Shown one piece after another: positions 1 to 9,505 of a DNA stretch of 64,000 nt. Origin of the DNA: Paenimyroides baculatum (GTDB lineage: Bacteria; Bacteroidota; Bacteroidia; Flavobacteriales; Flavobacteriaceae). Every line of letters starts with the position of its first letter. Positions within the stretch are counted from its first letter, which is position 1. The translations under genes and the position numbers were made by a program. The DNA lies in assembly GCA_040391685.1 (NCBI GenBank), contig JBEBXJ010000004.1:1243-65242 (forward strand), given 5' to 3'. The notes beneath the pieces are model-generated. The model saw only the letters and a list, made by a program, of their open reading frames with translations. It had not been told where the DNA came from and ran no database searches.

Positions 1-1865
1 AATTTTGTGCTGACAAATATCTGCGTTTTTGGTCCACTTGAACGTTTGTATCCGCTGTAAAGGTTCGATGCCGTTAAATTAAAATTCGCAAAGGTAAGCT
101 TGCCAGGGTTGGTACTCGTTGCAGTATCTTCTTCGTACGAAAGTTTGGAATTTTTGATTTTTAAAGTTTGTATTTCGAACGGAAAATCTACATTACGCAA
201 TCTGTAACTGTACAGATGATTTTCTTTCGGATTAAGAGGAACCGTTATGTCGCGGTAAATCTGTGCATCCATATTGTTCAGTACCACTTCCTTAAACTTT
301 ATAAAAAACTCTTCCTGTGCATCGAATCCCCAATTAAAACTGTTGAAATTTATGATATCTGCCGATAAATTGTAGTAATCTTGGGCATACTTTAATTTGG
401 CTGCATGCTGCTTACGTGTTATTTTAGGAACCATTTTAAAGCTCTTTACCGATGCGTTTACCTGTTTTAATACAATTCCACCTGCATAAATGTTGTAATC
501 TTTACCAGTATCAAAATGGATTTTTCCGGTTGTTAATTCCGGATTTTTATACATAAAAGGTACTTTTTCCAACACCGTTTTATCATCTACCTTAATATCG
601 TTCAATGTAAGATTAAAGTTGGCAACGGTTAGTTTATTGTATTTCGCAGATTTATCCTTTAAAATATAGTGCGCATTATTTATCGATACTTTATTGATTA
701 AAATAAGATCGTTCAGTTTGCTTGGTTCACTTGTTTTTTTGGAAGGATTTGGTTTGGGAACATGTACGAACTGCGGATTGTTCAACTGGAATTCCTCTAT
801 TGAAAGATGTTGTTTTACTTTGTTTGAGACCTTTTTAATTTTGATGTTTACGTTGCTTATATCTAATATCCCCAAAGAATTAAACGATGATTTTTTTATA
901 TCGAGTTCATCAACATCCAACTGAAACGGAATTAAAGGCTGTACCACTTTTTCGGCATCTTTTTTTGCCTGCTGAAAAACGGTTTGCTGTTTTTGATCTA
1001 AAATTTTTACGTTTATGGAGTCGATAGAAATAGTCCCGATTTTTACAAAAAGATCCGAATTGCTGTAACCCCAGTCGGTATTTTTTAAGGTAAGCTTTGG
1101 TACATCAACCAAAATCCGGGTATTGGTTTCGGTAGCATTCTGTTTAAATTCTTTTGACGATTTATACGGCAACATTCTGAAATTGTTCACGGAAATATTG
1201 TCTTTATCTATTTCTATTTTTTCAGATTTAACAATTTGCAGATCGTTCACTACACTATAAATGGAATCTATTTTAAAACTGTAATCGGTGTAGGTAAACG
1301 GAATATCTTTTTTAGCGGTATATTCGCCCATGTGAATTCCATCGATTTCTGAATTGAAATTAAAAACTTCGTGCAAAAGTGTATCGTTTCCCGAAGTCAT
1401 CATTTTTAAATGTGCCTTTTGAATACTGATTTTATCGATATCGATAATCGAAGGTAACTTTGATTCACTTTTAAGAGTATCGCGAACCGCCGGTTTTAAA
1501 ACCGTAATATCCGGACCAATTATTGAAATAGTGAAAGCTTTTAAGTTTTTATTCTTTATAAGTTCATAGAAATTTACACCGGTTACCCTTATGCGTTGTA
1601 CTTTACCAAAAAAATCGATGTCTTTTTTAATATTGGCATTCTTCTTTGGCGTTAATTTCACATTTTCTATAGACAGACTGTTGCTGAAGATAGAAAAACT
1701 CATATCGTCATAAACCAGATTATAGGCGGTATCGTTTTTATCTTCTATAATTTTAGGCAGCTGGTTTTTAATAATGAGGTTTATTGCAACATTTACTACA
1801 ACTGCCAACAATAATACAGACAAGGCTATGATGCCTATGATTTTTACAGGTTTGGTAATTTTCAT
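1..1865 (-). CDS. AsmA/DUF748-like envelope protein, runs off the left window edge (3' partial)
   Basis: Not in ORF track. ATG at 1865 (cat 1863-1865) opens MKITKPVKIIGIIALSVLLLAVVVNVAINLIIKNQLP..., an N-terminal TM anchor followed by beta-rich repeats; no stop found before base 1. Confidence 0.7.
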   Translation of the reverse strand, partial: MKITKPVKIIGIIALSVLLLAVVVNVAINLIIKNQLPKIIEDKNDTAYNLVYDDMSFSIFSNSLSIENVKLTPKKNANIKKDIDFFGKVQRIRVTGVNFYELIKNKNLKAFTISIIGPDITVLKPAVRDTLKSESKLPSIIDIDKISIQKAHLKMMTSGNDTLLHEVFNFNSEIDGIHMGEYTAKKDIPFTYTDYSFKIDSIYSVVNDLQIVKSEKIEIDKDNISVNNFRMLPYKSSKEFKQNATETNTRILVDVPKLTLKNTDWGYSNSDLFVKIGTISIDSINVKILDQKQQTVFQQAKKDAEKVVQPLIPFQLDVDELDIKKSSFNSLGILDISNVNIKIKKVSNKVKQHLSIEEFQLNNPQFVHVPKPNPSKKTSEPSKLNDLILINKVSINNAHYILKDKSAKYNKLTVANFNLTLNDIKVDDKTVLEKVPFMYKNPELTTGKIHFDTGKDYNIYAGGIVLKQVNASVKSFKMVPKITRKQHAAKLKYAQDYYNLSADIINFNSFNWGFDAQEEFFIKFKEVVLNNMDAQIYRDITVPLNPKENHLYSYRLRNVDFPFEIQTLKIKNSKLSYEEDTATSTNPGKLTFANFNLTASNLYSGYKRSSGPKTQIFVSTK

Positions 1866-1916
1866 AAAAGCTACTTTTTAATAAATGTACAGAAAAAAAG
1901 CCAAAGTAAAATTTAA

Positions 1917-3698
1917 TTAACTATCATAGGTTTTTGCAATTTTTTCAATATTCATACTGCGGGCACTTGCATCAAAAATTTCTTTGTAAACACCGTTTTG
2001 CCTGTAAATTTCTTCGTGCTTACCTACTTCGGTAACTTTTCCTTCTTTCATTGCGTAAATAATATCGGCATCAATGATCTGCGAAATACTGTGCGAAATA
2101 ATTACTACGGTACGGTTCTTCTTAATGGCATCTAAACTGTTTTTAATCTGTTCGGTAGCAATGGCATCTAAGCTAGCCGTGGGTTCATCGAGAAAAATTA
2201 TTGGAGGATTTTTTAAAAACATTCGCGCAATTGCAATCCGCTGCTGCTGTCCGCCCGATAAAGCAGTTGCTTTTGTTTCGTACTGATTGGGTAGTTTTAT
2301 AATTTGCTCGTGTATATAGGCTTTTTTTGCTGCTTCAATTACTTCTTCATCTGTAGCATTTACTTTTCCGTAACGAATATTATCGGCAATTGATCCATTA
2401 AAAATATGATTTTTTTGTAGCACCAAACCAATGTTTTCTCTTAAAAAATGGGTATTATAATCTTCTAGCGGAATTCCGTCTAAAAGAATCTGCCCAGACG
2501 AAGGTGTGTAAAATTTATCAAGCAGATTTATAATGGTGCTTTTTCCTGCACCCGACAATCCTGCCAAAGCAGTAATTTTATTGGGTTGAATATCTATATT
2601 GATATCAAACAGTGCTTTTGTTCCGTTAGGATAGGCAAATGATACGTTATTCAATTTAAAATGCCCATTTAACATATTGGTCTTTACGGTGCCTGATGCT
2701 TCTTTTTCTTCATTTGCTTCTAAAATTTCAAAATAACTTTCAGAATAAATCATGGCATCGTTCATTTCATCGTAAATTCTGTGCAATTGCCTTATGGGAG
2801 CCGATACATTGTTAAACAATAAAATATGAAACATGATGGTACCAATAGTCATATTGCCTATAAGTACAAAATATGCAGTTAAAATTATAATTACTACCAC
2901 ACCAAACTGTTCTATGAACGACTTTAATCCGTCAAAAAAGAAACTGGTTTTGCGTGTTTGAAGCTGGTTATTCGTTAATTCGTTTTGCAGTTGCAGTTGT
3001 TTTTTAGATTCGATATCTTCTCTGTTGAACGATTTTATAACGGTTATAGAATCTATGATACTGATGATTCCCTGTGATTTTGATTCGCGAAAGCCCCGTA
3101 AATTTCTACGCCATCCACTTAATTTTTGTGCTTGTTTTTTGGTAACTATGAAATAAATAGGTACAATGCACAAACCAACCAAACCCACATAAAAATTAGC
3201 CTGAAACATAAAAAACAACGCTACAATGGCATTGGCAAAAAGCGGTAAAATATCTATGAAAAAGTTTTGTACCAACCGTGTTAAGCTTTCTATACCGCGA
3301 TCTATACGGGTTTGCAATCTGCCTGATTCGTTATCGTTTGCTGCAAAAAAAGACAAACGGTAGGATAAAATTTTATCGATAATTTTTTGAGCCAGATCTT
3401 TTGAAATATAGATTCTTAGTTTTTCACCGTAATATTTTTGACCGAAAGTTATAAAAGCATTTAAAATTTCTTTTCCAATTAATACAATTGAAATAAAAAG
3501 AAGTAATTTTAAACCTAACTGTAACGCATTTTGCTGTGGTATTATTAAAGTGAGTTCATCAACCGTATAACGTAAAACCCACGCATTAATTTGCGCCGTA
3601 AGTGACCCTATTAAAGTTAGCAACAAAGTAGCTGTAACTAATGTTCGGTAAGGTTTTACATAAGGCTGTAAATTTTTAAACAACGTTGTGATTTTCAT
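1917..3698 (-). CDS. ABC exporter, fused permease + ATP-binding (MsbA/MdlB type)
   Basis: N-terminal TM domain; Walker A GLSGAGKS, LSGGQQQR signature, Walker B IFLDEPT. Confidence 0.95.
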   Translation of the reverse strand: MKITTLFKNLQPYVKPYRTLVTATLLLTLIGSLTAQINAWVLRYTVDELTLIIPQQNALQLGLKLLLFISIVLIGKEILNAFITFGQKYYGEKLRIYISKDLAQKIIDKILSYRLSFFAANDNESGRLQTRIDRGIESLTRLVQNFFIDILPLFANAIVALFFMFQANFYVGLVGLCIVPIYFIVTKKQAQKLSGWRRNLRGFRESKSQGIISIIDSITVIKSFNREDIESKKQLQLQNELTNNQLQTRKTSFFFDGLKSFIEQFGVVVIIILTAYFVLIGNMTIGTIMFHILLFNNVSAPIRQLHRIYDEMNDAMIYSESYFEILEANEEKEASGTVKTNMLNGHFKLNNVSFAYPNGTKALFDINIDIQPNKITALAGLSGAGKSTIINLLDKFYTPSSGQILLDGIPLEDYNTHFLRENIGLVLQKNHIFNGSIADNIRYGKVNATDEEVIEAAKKAYIHEQIIKLPNQYETKATALSGGQQQRIAIARMFLKNPPIIFLDEPTASLDAIATEQIKNSLDAIKKNRTVVIISHSISQIIDADIIYAMKEGKVTEVGKHEEIYRQNGVYKEIFDASARSMNIEKIAKTYDS

Positions 3699-3710
3699 TT
3701 TTATTTAAAA

Positions 3711-3746
3711 ATAAGAAAAGATTGCCAAGAAACCTCGGCAATCTTT
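3711..3746 (-). terminator. Terminator-like hairpin in the 5' leader of the ABC exporter
   Basis: Minus strand AAAGATTGCCGAG-GTTT-CTTGGCAATCTTT followed by TCTTATTTTT, about 20 nt upstream of the ATG at 3698. Confidence 0.6.
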
Positions 3747-3785
3747 AAATAAATATGAAATACAAAGTTTAATTTTGTAATACAT

Positions 3786-3817
3786 CAAATGTATTGATAT
3801 TTAATTGATTACACAAA
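3786..3817 (-). promoter_or_regulatory. Bacteroidetes -33/-7 promoter facing the ABC exporter
   Basis: Minus strand TTTG (3817-3814), 20-nt spacer, TACATTTG (3793-3786), matching TTTG-N19-21-TAnnTTTG. Confidence 0.6.
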
Positions 3818-3829
3818 TAAATTTTAAAA

Positions 3830-4714
3830 ATGTCTGAAATAAAATTGTTAAAAATTCATGATTTTAAAAATTTAAAGCCTGAAAATTCATTTTATGCAAA
3901 TACAATTTTTAATCATCTGCTTTTACACCATTCAAGAATTGAAAAGCCACACAAGCATAATTTTTATGCTATTTTTTTATTTACAAAGGGGAACGGAACG
4001 CATGAAATTGATTTTAATAAATACGAAGTAAAGCCCGGATCGGTGTTTTTTATGTATCCTGGGCAAACTCATTCTTGGAATCTTTCAGAAGATGCAGACG
4101 GATATGTTTTTTTTCATACCGAAGATTTTTACGAAATGGCATATGTAAACAATTCCATTAAAGATTTTCCCTTTTTTGAATCGAACTATTCTGATAAATG
4201 TATTTATTTGAGTGCTGATAATTGTGAGATTATTGAAGATCTTTTTAAAAAACTTTTAATTGAATCTATAAAAGATGAATGGAAAAAAAAGCAGCTTATT
4301 TTATCATATCTGACACAAATTTATATTTATCTGAACCGTTTTGTAGAACATCAAAGTAAAATTAATTTTACTGAGTTAAGACACTATCAATCTGTTTTTT
4401 CAAAATTTTTAAAACTGGTAGACGAACATTTTACCCAAAAAAAATATGCAAGCGAATATGCTGATTTATTGAATATTACTCAAAAACATTTAAACAGAAT
4501 TGTCAAGTCAATTACACAGAAAACAACTACCGATATTATTACCAATCGAATTGTTTTAGAAGCAAAACGCCAATTGCTTTATACCAATAAAACCTTAAAT
4601 GAAATAGCATTAAATTTAGGATTTACAGATTATACTTATTTTTCGCGTCTGTTTAAAAAACATGTTAAAATTACAGCTTCTGATTTTAGAAAAAGCTATA
4701 GAAATGAACCATAA
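3830..4714 (+). CDS. AraC family transcriptional regulator
   Basis: Cupin N-terminus (PHKHNFY...GTHEIDF) and C-terminal HTH (EIALNLGFTDYTYFSRLFKK). Confidence 0.95.
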   Translation: MSEIKLLKIHDFKNLKPENSFYANTIFNHLLLHHSRIEKPHKHNFYAIFLFTKGNGTHEIDFNKYEVKPGSVFFMYPGQTHSWNLSEDADGYVFFHTEDFYEMAYVNNSIKDFPFFESNYSDKCIYLSADNCEIIEDLFKKLLIESIKDEWKKKQLILSYLTQIYIYLNRFVEHQSKINFTELRHYQSVFSKFLKLVDEHFTQKKYASEYADLLNITQKHLNRIVKSITQKTTTDIITNRIVLEAKRQLLYTNKTLNEIALNLGFTDYTYFSRLFKKHVKITASDFRKSYRNEP

Positions 4715-4717
4715 GGT

Positions 4718-5077
4718 TTAGATTTCATCTTCTTCCTTAAAAAATAAATTCAGCCACATTAAACGCGACATCCGGTAGTTAAACGTAGAAAGAATCAAAA
4801 CAACCAAAATAACTCCACCGAAAATGCTTAAAAAACCCATGTTAAAAATCAGCCCCAATACAAAAACGGCAACCATTTCGGCAACGGTTAAAGCATAACT
4901 CATATACATTCCCCCAAAGTAAAATCCGGGTTCGCGGTGAAAAGAGTAATTGCATTCAGAGCAACGGTCATTCATAACCGGCATTTTAAATAAAAAAGGA
5001 TTTCCGTTCTTTTTAAAAACTTTGGTTTTTCCACATTTTGGACAAGTACCATCTAAAACTTTACTTACGTAAGACAT
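4718..5077 (-). CDS. DUF983-like Zn-ribbon membrane protein
   Basis: CPKC...CSEC, REPGFYFGGMY motif, two TM helices; TATATTTG box upstream (5102-5095). Confidence 0.85.
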   Translation of the reverse strand: MSYVSKVLDGTCPKCGKTKVFKKNGNPFLFKMPVMNDRCSECNYSFHREPGFYFGGMYMSYALTVAEMVAVFVLGLIFNMGFLSIFGGVILVVLILSTFNYRMSRLMWLNLFFKEEDEI

Positions 5078-5166
5078 TTCTTATTAATTTTGTACAAATA
5101 TACAGCTAATTGTAGTTTTAAACCGTTTAAAAAAGCGCAAATACTTGCACAATTCAGACATTTTAT

Positions 5167-6861
5167 ATGAGTATAGAATCAACTAACGAAATACCATGTT
5201 TTCTTACATTTAAGGAAGATATATCTCAGATAGAATTACCAAAAAAATTAAACTTTCCGTTTTATTACGATGTACACCCATTGTGCGAAATAGCTGCAAA
5301 GCAAATACAGTTATTTTTAGAAAACAACCACAGCCTGCAACATAATTTTGGTTTAGATACCACTAAAGATTTATTGCCTATTGGTAAAATGTTTGGTGCT
5401 TTAATTGTTGAGAATAAAGGCAAAATTGGTTTTCTGGCTGCTTATTCAGGAAAACTGGCAAACAGTAATTCGGTTGCATTTTTTGTACCACCTGTTTTTG
5501 ATATGCTTACAGATAATGGTTATTTTTTACGTAAAGAAGAAGAACTAAATGCTATAAACAGAGAAATTGAATCGTTAGAAAACAATGTGGATTTAAAAGA
5601 TTTTCAAGAAAAACTAACTGATTTAAAATCAACTGCAAAACAGGAAATCGATTCGTTTAAAGAAAAGATAAAGATCAATAAACAAATCAGAAAACAAGAT
5701 CGTATCTTAAAAAAAGAAGTACTTTCTATTGATGAATATCAACGATTTGAAGCTGATTTAATCAAGCAGAGTTTGTACGACAAATATTTACTTAAAGAAT
5801 TAACTAGTAATTTTGAAACTGAATTAAATTCGATCAATAAAGAAATTTCTATCTTAACAGATCAAATTCAAGTATTAAAAGATCTACGTAAAACAAAATC
5901 AAATGAGCTGCAAAACTGGCTTTTTACAAACTATACCTTTTTAAATGCCGAAAGCAAAGAAAAATCATTGCTCGATATTTTCAAAACGGCACTTCACTCC
6001 CAGCCTCCTGCAGGTGCTGGCGAATGTTGCGCACCCAAGCTGTTTCAGTATGCCTACAAAAAAAATTTAAAGCCTATTGCGCTGGCAGAATTCTGGTGGG
6101 GACAATCGCCCAAATCCGAAGTTCGCAAACACAAACAGTTTTATCCGTCGTGTTGGGGAAAATGCGAACCTATTTTAAATCATATGTTAAAAGGATTACA
6201 GGTAGACGAAAACCCGTTTTTAAACAATCCTGCAAAAGATAAAGATTTGGAAATTGTTTATGACGATGCGTACCTTGTTGTGGTAAACAAACCTGCAGAA
6301 TTTTTGTCGGTCCCCGGCATCAACATAAGCGATTCGGTTTATCAGCGCATAAAAAACCGCTATCCTCAGGCAACCGGTCCGTTAATTGTTCATAGGTTGG
6401 ATATGTCAACTTCCGGATTAATGGTTCTTGCAAAAAATAAAGACACGCATGAAAATCTTCAAAAACAGTTTATAAAACGCAAGGTTAAAAAAAGTTACAT
6501 TGCTTTGTTAGATGGTGTAATTACAACCGATTTTGGCAAAATAGAACTACCTTTACGAGTTGATTTAGACGACAGACCACGGCAGATTGTATGTTACGAT
6601 TACGGAAAAATGGGTGTTACAGAATTCAAGGTATTATCAAAAGCCGAAAATTCAACCCGAATCCAATACTTTCCAATTACAGGCAGAACGCATCAGTTGC
6701 GTGTACATTCGGCTCATAACTTAGGTTTAAATGCACCAATTAAAGGCGATGATTTGTATGGAACAAAAGCCAACAGACTACACTTGCATGCCAATATGCT
6801 GCAATTTTTTCATCCGGTAACAAAAGAATGGGTCACTTTTAAGGTTGATCCTGATTTTTAA
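5167..6861 (+). CDS. RluA family pseudouridine synthase with long N-terminal extension
   Basis: VVNKP, HRLDMSTSGL (catalytic Asp), TGRTHQLRVH, GDDLYG. Confidence 0.92.
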   Translation: MSIESTNEIPCFLTFKEDISQIELPKKLNFPFYYDVHPLCEIAAKQIQLFLENNHSLQHNFGLDTTKDLLPIGKMFGALIVENKGKIGFLAAYSGKLANSNSVAFFVPPVFDMLTDNGYFLRKEEELNAINREIESLENNVDLKDFQEKLTDLKSTAKQEIDSFKEKIKINKQIRKQDRILKKEVLSIDEYQRFEADLIKQSLYDKYLLKELTSNFETELNSINKEISILTDQIQVLKDLRKTKSNELQNWLFTNYTFLNAESKEKSLLDIFKTALHSQPPAGAGECCAPKLFQYAYKKNLKPIALAEFWWGQSPKSEVRKHKQFYPSCWGKCEPILNHMLKGLQVDENPFLNNPAKDKDLEIVYDDAYLVVVNKPAEFLSVPGINISDSVYQRIKNRYPQATGPLIVHRLDMSTSGLMVLAKNKDTHENLQKQFIKRKVKKSYIALLDGVITTDFGKIELPLRVDLDDRPRQIVCYDYGKMGVTEFKVLSKAENSTRIQYFPITGRTHQLRVHSAHNLGLNAPIKGDDLYGTKANRLHLHANMLQFFHPVTKEWVTFKVDPDF

Positions 6862-6912
6862 GCAAATCAACCTCGTAAACTTTTTGTACATTTGCTTTGA
6901 TTATTCACGGTT

Positions 6913-8070
6913 ATGTACACAGTAGAAGTTAAAAACAATAAAACGCGCAAGCAATTTTTAAATTTTCCGGTTAAACTGTACCAGAACGATAAAAATTGGA
7001 TTCAGCCTTTAAATCAGGACATTGAAAAAGTGTTCGATCTTGAAAAAAACAAACTTTTTAAACGGGGCGGTAAAGCCATTCGCTGGGTTCTGTTTAACGG
7101 AAACGATGAAATAATAGGAAGAATTGCTGCTTTTGTGAATCCTAAATACGAAGGAAAAGCTGCTGTGGGCGGTATTGGTTTTTTTGAATGTATTAACGAT
7201 CAAACTGCAGCAAACTATCTGTTTGATCAAGCAAAGGAATGGTTGAAACAGCATGATATGGAAACCATGGACGGTCCTATAAACTTTGGTGAACGTGACC
7301 AATGGTGGGGTTTGCTGATTGAAGGTTTCTACGAACCTTTGTACAACATGAACTACAATTTTCCGTATTATATTGATTTATTCGAGAATTACGGCTTTAA
7401 AACCTACTTTAACCAGGAATGTTTTTCTGTTGCAATAAATCAGCAATTAAAACCAAAACTGCACGATCGTCACGAACATATTGCCCAAGACAAAAATTTC
7501 AGGGCAGAATATCTGGATATGAAAAATTTAGATAAGTATGTTGCCGATTTCGTTACCGTTTACAATAAAGCGTGGGCAAGCCATGGCGCAGGCAAAGATC
7601 TTTCTTTGTCACAGGGAAAAATTATTTTTAAAACCATGAAACCCGTTATAGACCCTAAAATAGTCTGGTTTGTGTATTATAAAGACGAACCGGTAGCCTT
7701 TTGGTTGAATTTACCCGATTTAAACCAATACTTTAAACATTTGAATGGAAAATTCGATCTTTTTCACAAACTCAAATTTCTGTGGTACAAAACATTCAAT
7801 AAAAGTACACGTATTATAGGTATTGCCTTTGGGGTGATTCCTGAATGGCAGGGAAAAGGTGTCGATAATTTTATGATGATCGAAGGACAAAAAATCATGG
7901 ATGCTAAATTAACTTACACCGAATACGAAATGCAGTGGATCGGTGATTTTAACCCTAAAATGATAAATGTAGCCAAGAGTCTGGGTGCTGATTTAAGCAG
8001 AAAATTAAGAACTTACCGTTATCATTTTGATACAAGCAAACCGGTTGAACCGCACAGGATATTGAAATAA
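6913..8070 (+). CDS. YghO-like GNAT-fold protein
   Basis: GRIAAF, GIGFFECIND, GPINF, YNFPYY, GVIPEWQGKG motifs; TACATTTG promoter box at 6887-6894. Confidence 0.75.
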   Translation: MYTVEVKNNKTRKQFLNFPVKLYQNDKNWIQPLNQDIEKVFDLEKNKLFKRGGKAIRWVLFNGNDEIIGRIAAFVNPKYEGKAAVGGIGFFECINDQTAANYLFDQAKEWLKQHDMETMDGPINFGERDQWWGLLIEGFYEPLYNMNYNFPYYIDLFENYGFKTYFNQECFSVAINQQLKPKLHDRHEHIAQDKNFRAEYLDMKNLDKYVADFVTVYNKAWASHGAGKDLSLSQGKIIFKTMKPVIDPKIVWFVYYKDEPVAFWLNLPDLNQYFKHLNGKFDLFHKLKFLWYKTFNKSTRIIGIAFGVIPEWQGKGVDNFMMIEGQKIMDAKLTYTEYEMQWIGDFNPKMINVAKSLGADLSRKLRTYRYHFDTSKPVEPHRILK

Positions 8071-8096
8071 AAAAAGAGGCTTTCGCCTCTTTTTTT
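8069..8096. terminator. Bidirectional intrinsic terminator
   Basis: AAAAAAAGAGGC-TTTC-GCCTCTTTTTTT between convergent genes. Confidence 0.85.
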
Positions 8097-9330
8097 ATTT
8101 CTCAAACTCTTTCAAAGTTTCAGTGATAATTCTAACACAGTCTAAAAGTTGTTCTTCGTTCATAACTAAAGGAGGTGCAAAACGGATAATGTTTCCGTGC
8201 GTTGGTTTTGCAAGCAGTCCGTTATCGCGTAAACGCAAACAAATATTCCACGCTGTATAGCTGTCTTCGGTATCATTAATTAAAATCGCGTTTAACAATC
8301 CTTTTCCGCGAACTAGGGAACAAATGTTTGATGTTTTAATGAAATCGGTTAAACGTTCTCTGAACATCGCCCCTAACCTTTCAGCATTTTCAGCAAGTTT
8401 TTCATCGATCACAATATCCAAAGCTGCCATTGCAACTGCTGCTGCTAAAGGATTTCCACCAAAAGTAGAACCGTGCTGTCCCGGTTTTATAACATTCATT
8501 ATTTCATCATCAGCCAAAACAGCCGAAACCGGATACATACCACCAGACAATGCTTTCCCTAAAATCAACACATCGGGTTTAATGTTTTCGTGGTCAACCG
8601 CCAGCATTTTTCCGGTACGTGCAATCCCTGTCTGTACTTCGTCTGCAATAAACAATACATTGTTCTGCTTACACACTTCGTAAGCCTGTGACAAGTAACC
8701 ACTATCAGGAACATAAACTCCGGCCTCGCCCTGGATAGGTTCAACCAAAAATCCTGCAACATTTTTGTTGGTTATCACTTCTTTTAAAGCTTCAATGTTG
8801 TTATAAGGAATGCGCACAAAACCTTCGGTATAAGGTCCGTAGTTTTTACGGGCTTCCTGATCGTTAGAGAACGAAATAATGGTAGTTGTACGTCCGTGAA
8901 AGTTGTTTTCACAAACAATGATTATCGCTTCTTCTTCCTTAATTTTTTTTACTTCGTAAGCCCATTTTCTGGTCAGTTTAATAGCTGTTTCCACAGCTTC
9001 TGCACCAGAATTCATCGGCAATACTTTATCAAAACCAAACAATTTGGTTATTTTTTCTTCGTAAACACCCAATTTATCGTTATAAAATGCACGTGAAGTC
9101 AACGTTAGCTGTTGCGCCTGTTTGGTTAAAGCTTCAACCAATTTAGGATGACAATGTCCTTGGTTTACTGCTGAATATGCCGATAAAAAATCATAATATT
9201 TTTTACCTTCAACATCCCAAACATAAACGCCTTCACCATTTGTAAGTACTACCGGAAGCGGGTGGTAATTATGCGCTCCGTATTTTTCTTCTAATGCAAT
9301 TGCATCGTTACTTGTTAATAAACTACTCAT
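8095..9330 (-). CDS. rocD: Ornithine--oxo-acid aminotransferase
   Basis: [50 protein letters not shown]. Confidence 0.96.
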   Translation of the reverse strand: MSSLLTSNDAIALEEKYGAHNYHPLPVVLTNGEGVYVWDVEGKKYYDFLSAYSAVNQGHCHPKLVEALTKQAQQLTLTSRAFYNDKLGVYEEKITKLFGFDKVLPMNSGAEAVETAIKLTRKWAYEVKKIKEEEAIIIVCENNFHGRTTTIISFSNDQEARKNYGPYTEGFVRIPYNNIEALKEVITNKNVAGFLVEPIQGEAGVYVPDSGYLSQAYEVCKQNNVLFIADEVQTGIARTGKMLAVDHENIKPDVLILGKALSGGMYPVSAVLADDEIMNVIKPGQHGSTFGGNPLAAAVAMAALDIVIDEKLAENAERLGAMFRERLTDFIKTSNICSLVRGKGLLNAILINDTEDSYTAWNICLRLRDNGLLAKPTHGNIIRFAPPLVMNEEQLLDCVRIITETLKEFEK

Positions 9331-9505
9331 TATTATTAGTTTATAAATTTAAAATAAGCCATTCCTTCTTGACGGAGAGAAATCATCCAAAGCTGCAAGG
9401 TACTAAAAATAGAACTTTTCTAAAAACATTAAGGGTTAATTTTATAAACAATCTAAATAACGGTTGGTGCAGAAATTTCTGCGAACATTATATTATTTTT
9501 GCACC

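Noticed and set aside
168-924. Plus-strand ORFs of 66 and 76 aa
   Set aside because: Antisense shadows of the long minus-strand AsmA-like gene
9464-9505. Upstream start for rlmD given by the ORF track
   Set aside because: Overlaps the promoter box; ATG 9506 fits better
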